Counted from the stretch's first letter, positions 41,618 through 51,681 are shown. The stretch is DNA of 64,000 bases from Gammaproteobacteria bacterium (GCA_965277405.1 OZ255726.1:1568001-1632000); one strand, 5' to 3'. Made by a program: numbers and translations. The notes: a model not told the origin generated them from the letters alone.

Positions 41618-42960
41618 TAGGAGGGTAATGGTGAAGGTAATCTAATGATATTTATTTTTCTCTTCTTCAGCATCCAAACAAACATTGCGTATGTAAGCAG
41701 GCTATCAAAGCCTATCCCAACACCAAACATGATAGCAATTAACTGCAGATTTGGAGTATAAATTCCAAACTTATATAATATAAATAGAGTTCCATAAAAT
41801 ATAGTATTAACTATGATAGACTGGAACAGCATATAATTAGATTTACCAATACCATAAAAAATACTGTCTATAACATTATTAAACGCAAATAAAATGTAAA
41901 ACAAAGTAGAAACCAAAACTATCTGATAGACATCTTTGTAGTTAGTGACATTCATAACATTTTTAATAAAAAATGTCCAATAAGGCAATGTACAACACCA
42001 GATTAACACGATTGCTCCACTTATAGTAAAGTACCCTAGAGTTCTCAGTTGGATCGCATCGTTCCCATACTCTCCACAGTCTTGCTTCACAAGTTGCCCT
42101 AGCTGAAGCACCGGCCATAACAGCCATCCCCAGATAAAACTGTTGGCAACCCAAAAAGTTCCAGGTTCACCTACAATATTAACCATTTGGAGAACCATTA
42201 ATATAAAAGCTGCATTACGTACAAGGCTTTCTAATCCAGAGTAACCACCTACCTTTAGCCATTCACGCATCCAGTTGAAGGATAATTTTTCATTAAAATC
42301 AATATTAAACCCTTCATTTTTTAAGAACAAAACCATTACAAATAATAAAATTATGTTCGTTATAATGTTACTGATAGCAATCCCTGTAACGCCTAAATCA
42401 AGTGATATAGGCAATTTTGAAACCAGAAAAGTATCCGTAAATACGGATAAAATCATTTGTAATACAAGGAACATGTATAAACACTTATATTTTTTTGTTA
42501 TTATAAGAACAAGCAGTAAAAACTGGACAACCGTAAAAAAAATCGATGCTATTGTTTCAAGTCGAATATAGTTTACTGTGACAGAAACAAGCTCATCCTT
42601 TTGCGCCATGAATACTGTTAATGGTTCAGTAAATAAAATTATGAAAGTTGAAATAAAAGCATATACCCCAAAAGTAACTATCATTCCTGTTTTTACTTTA
42701 TTTGCTAGTTCAATTTTATTTGATAAAGATTTACCCATAAGATAAAATAAAGGTAGCATTATTGCTTCCTGTAGCACCTCATATATTACATTTACCCAAG
42801 CCAACTGACTTGCTATATTGAACCCCCAATCTGTTGGCAAGTCTCCCAAAAAGTAAATTCGTACTGTTTTATATATTGTTGGGATTATACCAATAATCAT
42901 AAGAGCAGCTAAAAGCCTGAAATTAATCTGCTTTAATGAAATTTTTATACTTGTTAACAT
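41617..42960 (-). CDS. MATE-family efflux transporter
   Basis: About 12 hydrophobic segments, LGVTGIAISNII motif; AT-rich DNA. Confidence 0.75.
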   Translation of the reverse strand: MLTSIKISLKQINFRLLAALMIIGIIPTIYKTVRIYFLGDLPTDWGFNIASQLAWVNVIYEVLQEAIMLPLFYLMGKSLSNKIELANKVKTGMIVTFGVYAFISTFIILFTEPLTVFMAQKDELVSVTVNYIRLETIASIFFTVVQFLLLVLIITKKYKCLYMFLVLQMILSVFTDTFLVSKLPISLDLGVTGIAISNIITNIILLFVMVLFLKNEGFNIDFNEKLSFNWMREWLKVGGYSGLESLVRNAAFILMVLQMVNIVGEPGTFWVANSFIWGWLLWPVLQLGQLVKQDCGEYGNDAIQLRTLGYFTISGAIVLIWCCTLPYWTFFIKNVMNVTNYKDVYQIVLVSTLFYILFAFNNVIDSIFYGIGKSNYMLFQSIIVNTIFYGTLFILYKFGIYTPNLQLIAIMFGVGIGFDSLLTYAMFVWMLKKRKINIIRLPSPLPS

Positions 42961-43334
42961 ATATTTTGTAAGGTAAATAATTTTATGCTGCTAACCTTTA
43001 GGATCAAATCTTTCATAGTAAAGCTCCTTTGAGCATGACTAAAAATAAAACAGTCTTTGTCTGTACTGCCAGCAGCAACCTGTAAATCATATATTAAGAA
43101 GAAACCAGCAGAAGTTGCTCTGAATTTCCATAACCGACCCCAATCTTCTAAAAGTTTAATACGGAGTGAAAAGTTTCACCACAAAAAATGTGTGCGCGAG
43201 CAAAAAATCCTCCGTAGCATTTACACTTAGGGAGCTGTCTGCGCCAGCTAGCAGCAATTAAATAGCAACGTCTTTTAATTACTACAAGTATGGTCGTGGT
43301 AATTATTGTCAGAGTTGGGTGCAAATGCCAGTTA

Positions 43335-44897
43335 TTATGGTGTTTCGTTAAAAATAACTCGCATCCCAATAGATGGTGAGCGGTGATATGCTGGTGCTTT
43401 GGCGATGTAGTCAATCCGTGCTCCTGTGGCGCCATCAACAACATAATTGCCACCTTTAACGACCAAAAAATAATCGTTTCTGCCAACCACAATTGAGCTG
43501 GTCCATTCAGAGACATTTCCTGCCATTGCAACAACGCCGTATGGGTTGACATCGTTGCGGCGATCATCTACCGCTAATGCCTTTGAATATGGAGCGCGGG
43601 AAACCACCAAAGCAGCATCAAAGATATTGCCCCATGGATATATGGTTGTACTGTTTGCTGCAAAAATGGCAGTCCACTGTTCTTGGGTAGGTAGCCTGCC
43701 GCCGGCCCAGCGTGCAAAAGCATCGGCATCCCACCAACTAATACCAGTTACTGGGGCATGAAGTTGGCTGAGTTGATTGCTCCATCGTGCTGGTGTGTAG
43801 TCATGGTTTGCAGGTTCTTTGGTGTTCGCATAAAACCCAAATGCTACCAATGGGTCACGCATGAAAGATTGATATTGAGATACTGTGATTTCATATTTTG
43901 AAATAACGAATGCTGTTGCTGGCTGATTTGGATGAAAAATATCTTTGATAGCTGCGTAGTCGGCTTTACGCAAGCCGCGCAGCATTGGCGGCAGCTTGGC
44001 TTGATCTGGCACTCCAAGCGTTACCGTTTTCGATGGTATAAATCGTGTCGTAGTCTCGCCCCATGGGGTGGGTTTGTCGGCAGCAGCAGTCGGCGGATAC
44101 ACGCAGCGAAACCCAACAAATTGTGAGCGAAAGTTTTGAGGAATTTGGCGGCGAATAAACCGTAGTGCGTGCAAAGAAGCTGGTTTACTCGCTCCATTGG
44201 CCCCCATTATCATCGATTGGTTCGTCCATTCAGAAACTCCAAAACCCATAGCTTGCACGCCTTCTGCGGTTGCCATGGTGGGGTAAACTGCGCAACTTTG
44301 TCCAGCATTTAACAATGGATTGGAAAACCGCCACGGCATGTTATTAAAGGTGTTTCCCCATGGGTAGATGCGGTCATCATTGCTGGCGGCAATTGCTTCC
44401 CATTCATCAGCACTTGGCAGCCGTCCTGCTGCTGCTGTACAATATGCCTGCGCATCGTAATGGTTTATTCCTGTGACTGGTGCGTTGCTTTTTCCAAGAA
44501 TTTTATGGGCTTGATAATCACTTTTCGGCTGCCAGTCAACAGGTGCCTGTGCTGGTCTCCATTGCTGTTGCAGATTATACAAACTCATATATTGCGCAAA
44601 TTCAGCGAATTTACTTTGGGTAACGGGGCATTGATCAACAGATATTGGCGGACGCTGGAACTCAGCAGCGCTGGGCTGTAACAATAGCGTGTCAAATGCA
44701 CTGCTGCGCTGTAGATATGCTAATTGTTGCATCAACACAGTATCAAGCGGGTGTTGCTGTGGTGCTGTTGCTGTGAGCGCGTTGATATCAATACGTTCGA
44801 TTTGTCGTGCGCTAATCCGATACTGATACATGGAAAATATCAGTATCACTACCATCAAACTTAAAAATAATATTGAAGAAACTCGTCGGATTGCCAT
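43335..44897 (-). CDS. Membrane-anchored protein with two FGE-sulfatase (SUMF1-type) domains
   Basis: Twice PVTGI...DA.A...GRLP...W, YPWGN, VSEWT and GFRC/GMRV; the catalytic cysteine pair is not visible. Confidence 0.85.
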   Translation of the reverse strand: MAIRRVSSILFLSLMVVILIFSMYQYRISARQIERIDINALTATAPQQHPLDTVLMQQLAYLQRSSAFDTLLLQPSAAEFQRPPISVDQCPVTQSKFAEFAQYMSLYNLQQQWRPAQAPVDWQPKSDYQAHKILGKSNAPVTGINHYDAQAYCTAAAGRLPSADEWEAIAASNDDRIYPWGNTFNNMPWRFSNPLLNAGQSCAVYPTMATAEGVQAMGFGVSEWTNQSMIMGANGASKPASLHALRFIRRQIPQNFRSQFVGFRCVYPPTAAADKPTPWGETTTRFIPSKTVTLGVPDQAKLPPMLRGLRKADYAAIKDIFHPNQPATAFVISKYEITVSQYQSFMRDPLVAFGFYANTKEPANHDYTPARWSNQLSQLHAPVTGISWWDADAFARWAGGRLPTQEQWTAIFAANSTTIYPWGNIFDAALVVSRAPYSKALAVDDRRNDVNPYGVVAMAGNVSEWTSSIVVGRNDYFLVVKGGNYVVDGATGARIDYIAKAPAYHRSPSIGMRVIFNETP

Positions 44898-46658
44898 TTA
44901 TTGCGCAAGTATTTTACGGCTATTATTCATTGTATTTCCAAACATGATGAAGATAAGAATCAGCGTAATTGCAATTCCTAACACCACATACAGCCATGTT
45001 AAATGGCTGGAATTGCGCTGTTTAGTAATGTCTGTAAATGCACTGGTCAGCGGTATTCCGTCAATCCGCACTTGGTTGACATCCGCAGGTATTTGCAGCG
45101 TACCGTTGGCAAAACCCGCAAAAATATATCCTAGAGTAACCTGTGCCATCGTTGGGTCGAATATCGCAACCGCACGCCAGCTCTGAGTTGTGTTGCCAAG
45201 GTCATCTGGATGCATCAACATAAAATAGTTGTCATACACAGGAATACGCTCACCACGATGAACATAAGGATACAACCGCAACAATACATCTGGTTTGCCT
45301 GCGCCCAGTTGTTGCCAGCTGCCAGTTTGCAGCGGTTTGCCAAGTAATGTCATGGTATGCAACGCTTGATTTGCTGGTACTTTATATATCAGCGGCGGTG
45401 ATGATTCTGATTGCAAGACTTCAATCGGCAAAGACGCTGCTGCGCTTTTTTGGGTGTTGCGCAGTACCAGCGCCATGCTTTTCACCCAGTTAGCAAGATG
45501 AAACTTCTGAATTGAATCTGGGTTTATAACAATCCTTGCAAGGAGCTGCTGCAGCTGTTTATAGTCAAATCCGCGTTGTAATTGGGCTGTTTCGATAGCT
45601 TGGAGTAAATACGTCAGCATCACTATTTCGTATTGCTCTGGTGGGATTTCTAATATTGTTTGCGGTGCACCGCTTGGTTGTGCAGGCGCATCTAAGTTTG
45701 GCAGATTTACCGAAAATTGGCGACGCTCATCTTGCGTTGATTTACCATTGCGCTGTTCATCAATCTCACCAAGGAGTTGCTCAAACAATGCTTGCCCACG
45801 GTTTTCGCCAGCGTCGAGTCCAGCAAGCTGTGGCTGGCTGGCTGCTGCGCTTTGACCATCGCCATCGCCCTGTGCTGCGGCACTTGCTGCGTGTTGTTCG
45901 ATGTTCGCCGGTGGAATAAGCGAATCATCTTCCAGAGCATTAAATGCATTCGGGTCAACGGCAGATGTTCCAGTTGGTAGATTAGCTCCGGCTAGATGGG
46001 TTTGACTGGTGCTACTGCCATCAGCTGCACTTTCTCCAGTTGTATTTCCAAGTTGTCCTGCTGCTAGTTGTTCAGCAAATGACTTGTTATCACCAATGCT
46101 TTGCTGGCGTGATGGAGGTGTATGCAATTCTCCAAGAAAATGCCAATGCCACAGCGGTGCGTTATGTTCGCGTAAAATGGAAATAGCTAAATAAAACATC
46201 GATATGTCGTATACATCAACGCGGATATTATTCACAAGCGTTGCATCCCATGTAGATATTAGTGCGTCAAACCGGTTGTCAGTTTGTTGTTGCAAGCCTG
46301 TCGCAGTAAAAATACTGCCGCTATTAAACTCACGAACAAACCCTTTATGCAGCTCGATGATCGGGTACAAACTCGGTTGGCAGTCGTGAGGAATCGAGCA
46401 ATCATGATAGTTGTGCAAATACGCAGGTTTGGAGCTTGGCAATGCATTCATCACCACAGAGTCGCTTATTTTTCTGGCCATAAGGATATTAAAATCCACC
46501 GCTGTGTTTATTTGTTCCTCTGCTTGTTGCTGTTTGATGGTGTATGACAGGGTGATTAACACCAACATCACCGCAACACTATTCGCCAAAATATCAGCTA
46601 ATGCAACGCCACCGCTGCTTAGCCAGTGTGATTTGTTACTGTGGCTGCGCCTAGTCAT
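44898..46658 (-). CDS. Hypothetical protein with MotB/ExbD-like N-terminal TM and a C-terminal TM
   Basis: LADILANSVAVMLVLITL (Asp in TM), CSIPHDC motif, long low-complexity linker, C-terminal hydrophobic helix. Confidence 0.65.
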   Translation of the reverse strand: MTRRSHSNKSHWLSSGGVALADILANSVAVMLVLITLSYTIKQQQAEEQINTAVDFNILMARKISDSVVMNALPSSKPAYLHNYHDCSIPHDCQPSLYPIIELHKGFVREFNSGSIFTATGLQQQTDNRFDALISTWDATLVNNIRVDVYDISMFYLAISILREHNAPLWHWHFLGELHTPPSRQQSIGDNKSFAEQLAAGQLGNTTGESAADGSSTSQTHLAGANLPTGTSAVDPNAFNALEDDSLIPPANIEQHAASAAAQGDGDGQSAAASQPQLAGLDAGENRGQALFEQLLGEIDEQRNGKSTQDERRQFSVNLPNLDAPAQPSGAPQTILEIPPEQYEIVMLTYLLQAIETAQLQRGFDYKQLQQLLARIVINPDSIQKFHLANWVKSMALVLRNTQKSAAASLPIEVLQSESSPPLIYKVPANQALHTMTLLGKPLQTGSWQQLGAGKPDVLLRLYPYVHRGERIPVYDNYFMLMHPDDLGNTTQSWRAVAIFDPTMAQVTLGYIFAGFANGTLQIPADVNQVRIDGIPLTSAFTDITKQRNSSHLTWLYVVLGIAITLILIFIMFGNTMNNSRKILAQ

Positions 46659-47194
46659 TGGCTGGGATCATGCAAAATTGTTGTGCGGATAGAGCGCTTG
46701 ACCTCTGCTGGAATTTCATCCAGATTGATGGCTTTGAGCAGTTGCTCATTGGCAATAATCCAGCCGATTACTATAGGCTGTCTGCCAAGTACCGCCAACA
46801 TGCAGTTCCTTGCGATTGCCATGGTGCCAACCCCACCTTCGGTAATCGCAAAAATCAATTGCGATGTTTGCTTGGAATATATTTGTCTAATATAGTTTAC
46901 AAATGCACTGTTGGGCAGACAAATTTTATCGGGTGCTACCGAGGTATTTTGCTGCAAAATTTGCAAATGATCGGCGAACGTTAACACTACAAACCCTTCG
47001 CTGCCGTTTTCCCATGAAATCCTATACGCGCTTTCTTCGCTGGCATCATCTAGCATCGCGGTAATTTCATTATCGGTAATGGCATTCATCAACACCAATA
47101 GAATCAATAGCAAGCCAAACGCACCGCCGAATATTTCTACCATTGGCACGTTGATTGAGTCACGAATACGAATAGAACGTTTTGGCGTTCTCAT
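46655..47194 (-). CDS. Hypothetical ExbD/TolR-like single-TM protein
   Basis: Basic N-terminus then INVPMVEIFGGAFGLLLILLVL (Glu at the ExbD Asp position). Confidence 0.65.
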   Translation of the reverse strand: MRTPKRSIRIRDSINVPMVEIFGGAFGLLLILLVLMNAITDNEITAMLDDASEESAYRISWENGSEGFVVLTFADHLQILQQNTSVAPDKICLPNSAFVNYIRQIYSKQTSQLIFAITEGGVGTMAIARNCMLAVLGRQPIVIGWIIANEQLLKAINLDEIPAEVKRSIRTTILHDPSQ

Positions 47195-47202
47195 GTGCTA
47201 TG

Positions 47203-48300
47203 TTACTTGCTGTTATGCATTAGTGATCTGCTTTTGAATAGTTGCTCAGCATCTGACAAGTTGCGGTCTTCCCAACGTTGAAATAACGTTTGTACCAGCA
47301 TCAATACAACAGAAAGTGTCAAGGCAACAAGTGTGGTATCAAAGGCAATACCTAATGGTGATATTGCCGCACCTAGCCCCGAGCTGAGGCTGGTTTCACT
47401 CGTTGAAATAATTAAACCAATGCTTTCAGCTGCGAGTGAAATCCCCAACACCGTGCCAATAAATCCTAGAATAGGAATCGACCAGTTGATATAGCGTGGG
47501 ACGGATAAGAAAAAATCTGCCTTCTGCCACGCTAGATCAAATAGTCGCTCTACTGATTGTGCGGTGCTGTCGCCTTTTTTTTGCAATGCAAGATATGCTT
47601 GTACTAGCACCGCAGTATTGATATCAATGTTGAGTTGATCAGCAGCAAATATTTTTTTCCACTCGCTTTGTAACTGCAACCACTTACCAAGGAACAAGAA
47701 AATTGCCCAAAAAAACATCACTAAAATAATCGGTGGAATGACGCCACGTTGCACCAGTTTTGTGTGCAATATTGCAGCAAAAGGTTGTTCTGCAAATACC
47801 ACCAATACCACCATAACAATGCTGGTTAATAGCACCGACACACACACTGGCAGTGCTAATGAAGGACCTGCAAATAACCCATGCAGCAATGTCGACGCAT
47901 CGAGTTGCTCATCTTGTTTGACCAGCTCAAGCTGCATCACGCGCAAACACGCACTTAATCCCAGAGAAAAAATAAGTGTCGTCATATGAGCTGGTAAAAA
48001 CACCTTTCCTTGTGAAAGCCATTGGTATAAATTGGTAAAGGCAACTGCAACGGTAATGAATAATACTACGGTACCAACTGTCATGTTTAAGTGAATAATT
48101 CGTTGAGTCGGGCCTTGAGAAAGCCCAAGCATTGGGGCAATAGCAAACGCAGCACCAATACACGTGCCGACATAAAAAAAGTTTGGTTGTAAAATCCAAC
48201 CAAGACCAGAAAGGGCTGCGATGTAAAAGAGTATTGCGAGTAAGAAAATGAGTCGCGTCATAGTTGTTAGACCGTCAAAAAAAGGCAGTATCATATACAA
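47203..48300 (-). CDS. MotA/TolQ/ExbB proton-channel family protein with extra N-terminal TMs
   Basis: IPILGFIGTVLGI and LGIAFDTTLVAL channel helices. Confidence 0.85.
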   Translation of the reverse strand: MYMILPFFDGLTTMTRLIFLLAILFYIAALSGLGWILQPNFFYVGTCIGAAFAIAPMLGLSQGPTQRIIHLNMTVGTVVLFITVAVAFTNLYQWLSQGKVFLPAHMTTLIFSLGLSACLRVMQLELVKQDEQLDASTLLHGLFAGPSLALPVCVSVLLTSIVMVVLVVFAEQPFAAILHTKLVQRGVIPPIILVMFFWAIFLFLGKWLQLQSEWKKIFAADQLNIDINTAVLVQAYLALQKKGDSTAQSVERLFDLAWQKADFFLSVPRYINWSIPILGFIGTVLGISLAAESIGLIISTSETSLSSGLGAAISPLGIAFDTTLVALTLSVVLMLVQTLFQRWEDRNLSDAEQLFKSRSLMHNSK

Positions 48301-48607
48301 CTTCTCAGCAACTAGTTGCTGATTGTCGCGATGCTTTAATATTAAGTATCAGTTGTATTGCACTGCAAAATAATCACAAACTGTATCCTGGCGCAGCTAT
48401 GCCTGCCAAGTTTGCAGGTTTCATTGCGCTCCAACATCACAAAACTGTATCACATTGATGGCTGGATAGATGTCAGATTAAGCAAAAATGTGCGCGTTTG
48501 TTATTGGCTAGCAGCGCTTGTATGGTTGCTGTTGGTGTTGACGCGACTGCGGCTGTCGTTGCGAACAAGGCGTGGCAGAATGTTGCAGAGCCGCGATTAT
48601 TGTTTAG

Positions 48608-48887
48608 GGAACCTCTGATTAAGTCGCTGATGGAGCGAGTTTGATGGCAATTGCTGATGATTGCAAGGCGCAATCCGCTAAGCGCATGCTGTAGCATATA
48701 CGCCAAGGGATGCAACACAGCAATTACCATCAAACCCAAAGTATATTCAACAGAAGGACGGGAAAAAACGCTGCGCTAACGTCGTTGCAGCACTTAATAA
48801 TACCACCAGTATTATCTGCGCACTGCGTCTAGTTATCATCAGCGTTTTTTCTCCGTCTCGCCCATCATGGACTTAATCAGAGGTTCC
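48608..48887 (+). mobile_element. Complete MITE copy overlapping the bolA 3' end
   Basis: TIRs GGAACCTCTGATTAAGTC / GACTTAATCAGAGGTTCC; TTAG duplication at 48604-48607 and 48888-48891. Confidence 0.95.
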
Positions 48888-49195
48888 TTAGGGTGACATT
48901 GTGGTGATGGTGCGGGGTTTGCCGTTTGCCATTGACTCGCTGTATACGTATGCAGCGCCAGTGCATGGATAGGGTTTTGCATAAGATGCCGCACTGTTGC
49001 ATACACAATTTGATGGGATTGTACTCGAGACTTATTCGTGAATGCTTCACTAACAATAACTACACGAAAATGCGTTTCGCTATTAGCAGGAACGCTGTGG
49101 TTATTGCTTTCGTTGACGATGTCAAGGTGCAATGGCTGTAGCTTGGTTAACAACGACTGTTGTAAGGATGCGGCGATGCCAACGTGTTTGGTCAT
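48839..49195 (-). CDS. bolA: BolA family protein with MITE-derived C-terminal tail
   Basis: NESNNHSVP, SETHFRVVIVSEAF, IHALALHTYT and SPQC motifs; the tail is encoded by the element. Confidence 0.92.
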   Translation of the reverse strand: MTKHVGIAASLQQSLLTKLQPLHLDIVNESNNHSVPANSETHFRVVIVSEAFTNKSRVQSHQIVYATVRHLMQNPIHALALHTYTASQWQTANPAPSPQCHPKEPLIKSMMGETEKKR

Positions 49196-49197
49196 TA

Positions 49198-49893
49198 TTA
49201 AATCGGTATTGGTATCGGATTGATTTTTTTCAGAGTGTAGAGCACTTCACTGCCATCTGCGCGGAGTTGATAATATACAGCAATTCGATACTCAAGTTTG
49301 GGGATGAGCCAAAAATATTCCTTGCGCACCGGGTCAGCAAACAGCACTTCTAATTTAACAGTTTGAAAGGTAGCAACAAGCGTTTCCTTTGTTTCCATGC
49401 CATGATTACGAAACGTCACTTTTTTGCGGGATTTCCCGTTGTATGTTTGATACATGAAAAGCTGTTGCTGCGGATTCTTCTGTAAATCTTGCGCCAGCTG
49501 CAATGCCATTGCAGCCGGGTCAATGCTTGATTGCCTACTTTGGGCATCGAACTGTACCCGCACTGTTTTATCTTGAAATATCCCCCGTCCAGAATCCGCA
49601 TAACTGCGTACATAGATGCGACCATTCTCCCAAATAAAAGAACTTTCAGTGACAGCACCAAACCCCAGAATATTGGCATCTACCACAAATATAAATCCAG
49701 CGCCGACTTCAGTTAGCGTTTGCTTGAGTAAACCAGTTATCGGCAAAAAGCCGAAATGTGTTTTAATTTCATATGTGTAGGCAAATGGCTTTGGATCTGC
49801 TCGAATAGGAAGCGCTATTGAGGATAGTATGCCCAGTATACATCCAGCAACGCCCCATTTGCTTGCGTGATTTTTTATGGGTAATAACCACAT
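49198..49893 (-). CDS. Exported protein, DUF3108-like
   Basis: Signal/TM segment, beta-rich body, DPAAMALQLAQDL and FWLIPKLEY motifs. Confidence 0.55.
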   Translation of the reverse strand: MWLLPIKNHASKWGVAGCILGILSSIALPIRADPKPFAYTYEIKTHFGFLPITGLLKQTLTEVGAGFIFVVDANILGFGAVTESSFIWENGRIYVRSYADSGRGIFQDKTVRVQFDAQSRQSSIDPAAMALQLAQDLQKNPQQQLFMYQTYNGKSRKKVTFRNHGMETKETLVATFQTVKLEVLFADPVRKEYFWLIPKLEYRIAVYYQLRADGSEVLYTLKKINPIPIPI

Positions 49894-50222
49894 CTTAATT
49901 CATCTCAATTCAACTCATACAATAATAACAAGCAGGTATGCAACCAGTGCTTGCAAACTAGCCTGCGCATGCGTTGGCTTATAAACACTATATCACTAAC
50001 CTGAGTATATAGTTTTCTAATCAAAGTTGGCTTGGCATTACGGGAATATAAGTTGCGCAGCGCAAATATACATATTTAGCGGCTTCTTAATAGTCGGCAG
50101 ATATATGCTAGTACACGTTAATAATTTGTAAGTACCGAGTTTAGATCAACATGTTTGCTGATTACTTGGCGCACATCCTGTAGCAGACACTGCAGGAACG
50201 AGCATTAAAATCCAACTTGTAG

Positions 50223-50320
50223 TTGCCAGCATATGGTATTGTGACCTTGACACGGGGTAATGTTGCAGCAATAGATCGCGACAACAACGTGTTGGCAATT
50301 AAACATTCATCAACAAATAT
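50223..50320 (+). pseudogene. Remnant of L-ribulose-5-phosphate 4-epimerase (AraD-like) N-terminus
   Basis: LPAYGIVTLTRGNVAAIDRDNNVLAIKHS resembles AraD [29 protein letters not shown]; nothing further follows. Confidence 0.65.
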
Positions 50321-50435
50321 GGGACGACATGCAACAGCTTACACAATTGCCTGCATACACGTCTATTCCTTAATACTACAAATAGTGTTAAAGGGGCTTT
50401 TCAGTTAAGTTCTAGTGCTGAGTTGGAGTGAAAAT

Positions 50436-51383
50436 ATGGTAACCATTGAGAAATTTGATTCCAGAATTGAACGAATTTTTCTGGCAGACGCAACGCTGGA
50501 AAAAGTTTGTACTGGATCGCTATGGAATGAAGGTCCTGTCTGGCTAGAAACAGCGCAAACCTTACTTTGGAGTGATATTCCAAATAACAGAATATTAAGT
50601 TGGAATAGTAAGCAAGGTTTGCAGGTATGGCGCTCCCCAGCGAATTTTACCAACGGCCATTATTTAGATTTACAGGGCAACCTATTGCATTGCAGTCATG
50701 GTGGTCGCTCCATTGAGAAAACCGACTTACAAACGGGGGAAATACTCACCTTGGTGGATCGTTATCTTGACAAACGGCTGAACTCACCGAATGATTTAGT
50801 AGTCAAGTCTGATGGTAGTATTTGGTTTACTGACCCGCCTTACGGCATCTTATCTAATGTGGAAGGCTATCAAGCGGCGTCTGAGCAGCAAGGCAATTTT
50901 GTGTTTCGTTATGACCAAGCTAGCAATGATTTATCGGTGGTTTGTAGCAGTATGGAAGAACCCAATGGTCTTGCCTTTTCCCCAGATGAATCCCTGCTGT
51001 ATATTGCCGACACTTCTGCGGCTTTGCGTAAAGACGGTGCAGGCAATCACCATATTCAGGTATTTGATGTGGTGCAGGGCAGTGAGTTAGCTAATGAAAG
51101 GCTGTTTGCCGTGGTAGCGCCGGGTGTAGCGGACGGTTTTCGAGTAGATGAACAAGGTTGGATCTACACTTCCTCAGCAGACAGCATCCAGATTTATCAT
51201 CATGATGGCACCTTATTGGGTAAAATATTAGTCCCTGAAAAAGTATCGAACTGTACTTTTGCCGCCGACTATGCAACAAGCCATCTTGGCGCAACGTTGT
51301 ATATAACCGCGTCTACTTCTATTTATCGGATTAGACTTAATACCAGCGGAGCACATATTGCAACTTCACATAGTAGTATGTGA
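50436..51383 (+). CDS. SMP-30/gluconolactonase family protein
   Basis: WNEGPVW, LNSPNDLVV, WFTDPPYG, EPNGLAFSPDE and ADGFRVD motifs. Confidence 0.92.
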   Translation: MVTIEKFDSRIERIFLADATLEKVCTGSLWNEGPVWLETAQTLLWSDIPNNRILSWNSKQGLQVWRSPANFTNGHYLDLQGNLLHCSHGGRSIEKTDLQTGEILTLVDRYLDKRLNSPNDLVVKSDGSIWFTDPPYGILSNVEGYQAASEQQGNFVFRYDQASNDLSVVCSSMEEPNGLAFSPDESLLYIADTSAALRKDGAGNHHIQVFDVVQGSELANERLFAVVAPGVADGFRVDEQGWIYTSSADSIQIYHHDGTLLGKILVPEKVSNCTFAADYATSHLGATLYITASTSIYRIRLNTSGAHIATSHSSM

Positions 51384-51420
51384 TTGCTCGTTTCTAATTT
51401 AAATTTATAATGGAAATAGC

Positions 51421-51681
51421 ATGAGTTTTACAGAATATGTAGCTATTTTAACAGATTTTAAGAGCAGTGTTGTATCTGTTAATAACAATAACTACGCTGA
51501 CATTTGTCGCGCACAAGACCTGTTGATTGCTGAGCTAACGCAGCAAGGAGCAGTGATTAAAGGGTGGAAGTTGGTGGATGATGACGGCAGTTTCATCATA
51601 TCTCCTATTTTCGATTTTCAGATTTTTGCCAATCATGGCGAAGTTGTATCAGAGGTTCCACAGGAATGTCAGCAGCAGTAA
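51421..51681 (+). CDS. Short hypothetical protein, probably truncated
   Basis: ATG preceded by a GGA RBS-like sequence; IKGWKL motif; ends near a TIR-like TCAGAGGTTCC. Confidence 0.35.
   Translation: MSFTEYVAILTDFKSSVVSVNNNNYADICRAQDLLIAELTQQGAVIKGWKLVDDDGSFIISPIFDFQIFANHGEVVSEVPQECQQQ

Noticed and set aside
43335-44897. Diversity-generating retroelement target or active formylglycine-generating enzyme
   Set aside because: No reverse transcriptase or template repeat in the window, and the catalytic cysteine motif is absent.
44898-48300. Zorya defence system or flagellar stator
   Set aside because: No OmpA-like peptidoglycan-binding domain, no long ZorA tail and no ZorC/D/E or flagellar genes nearby.
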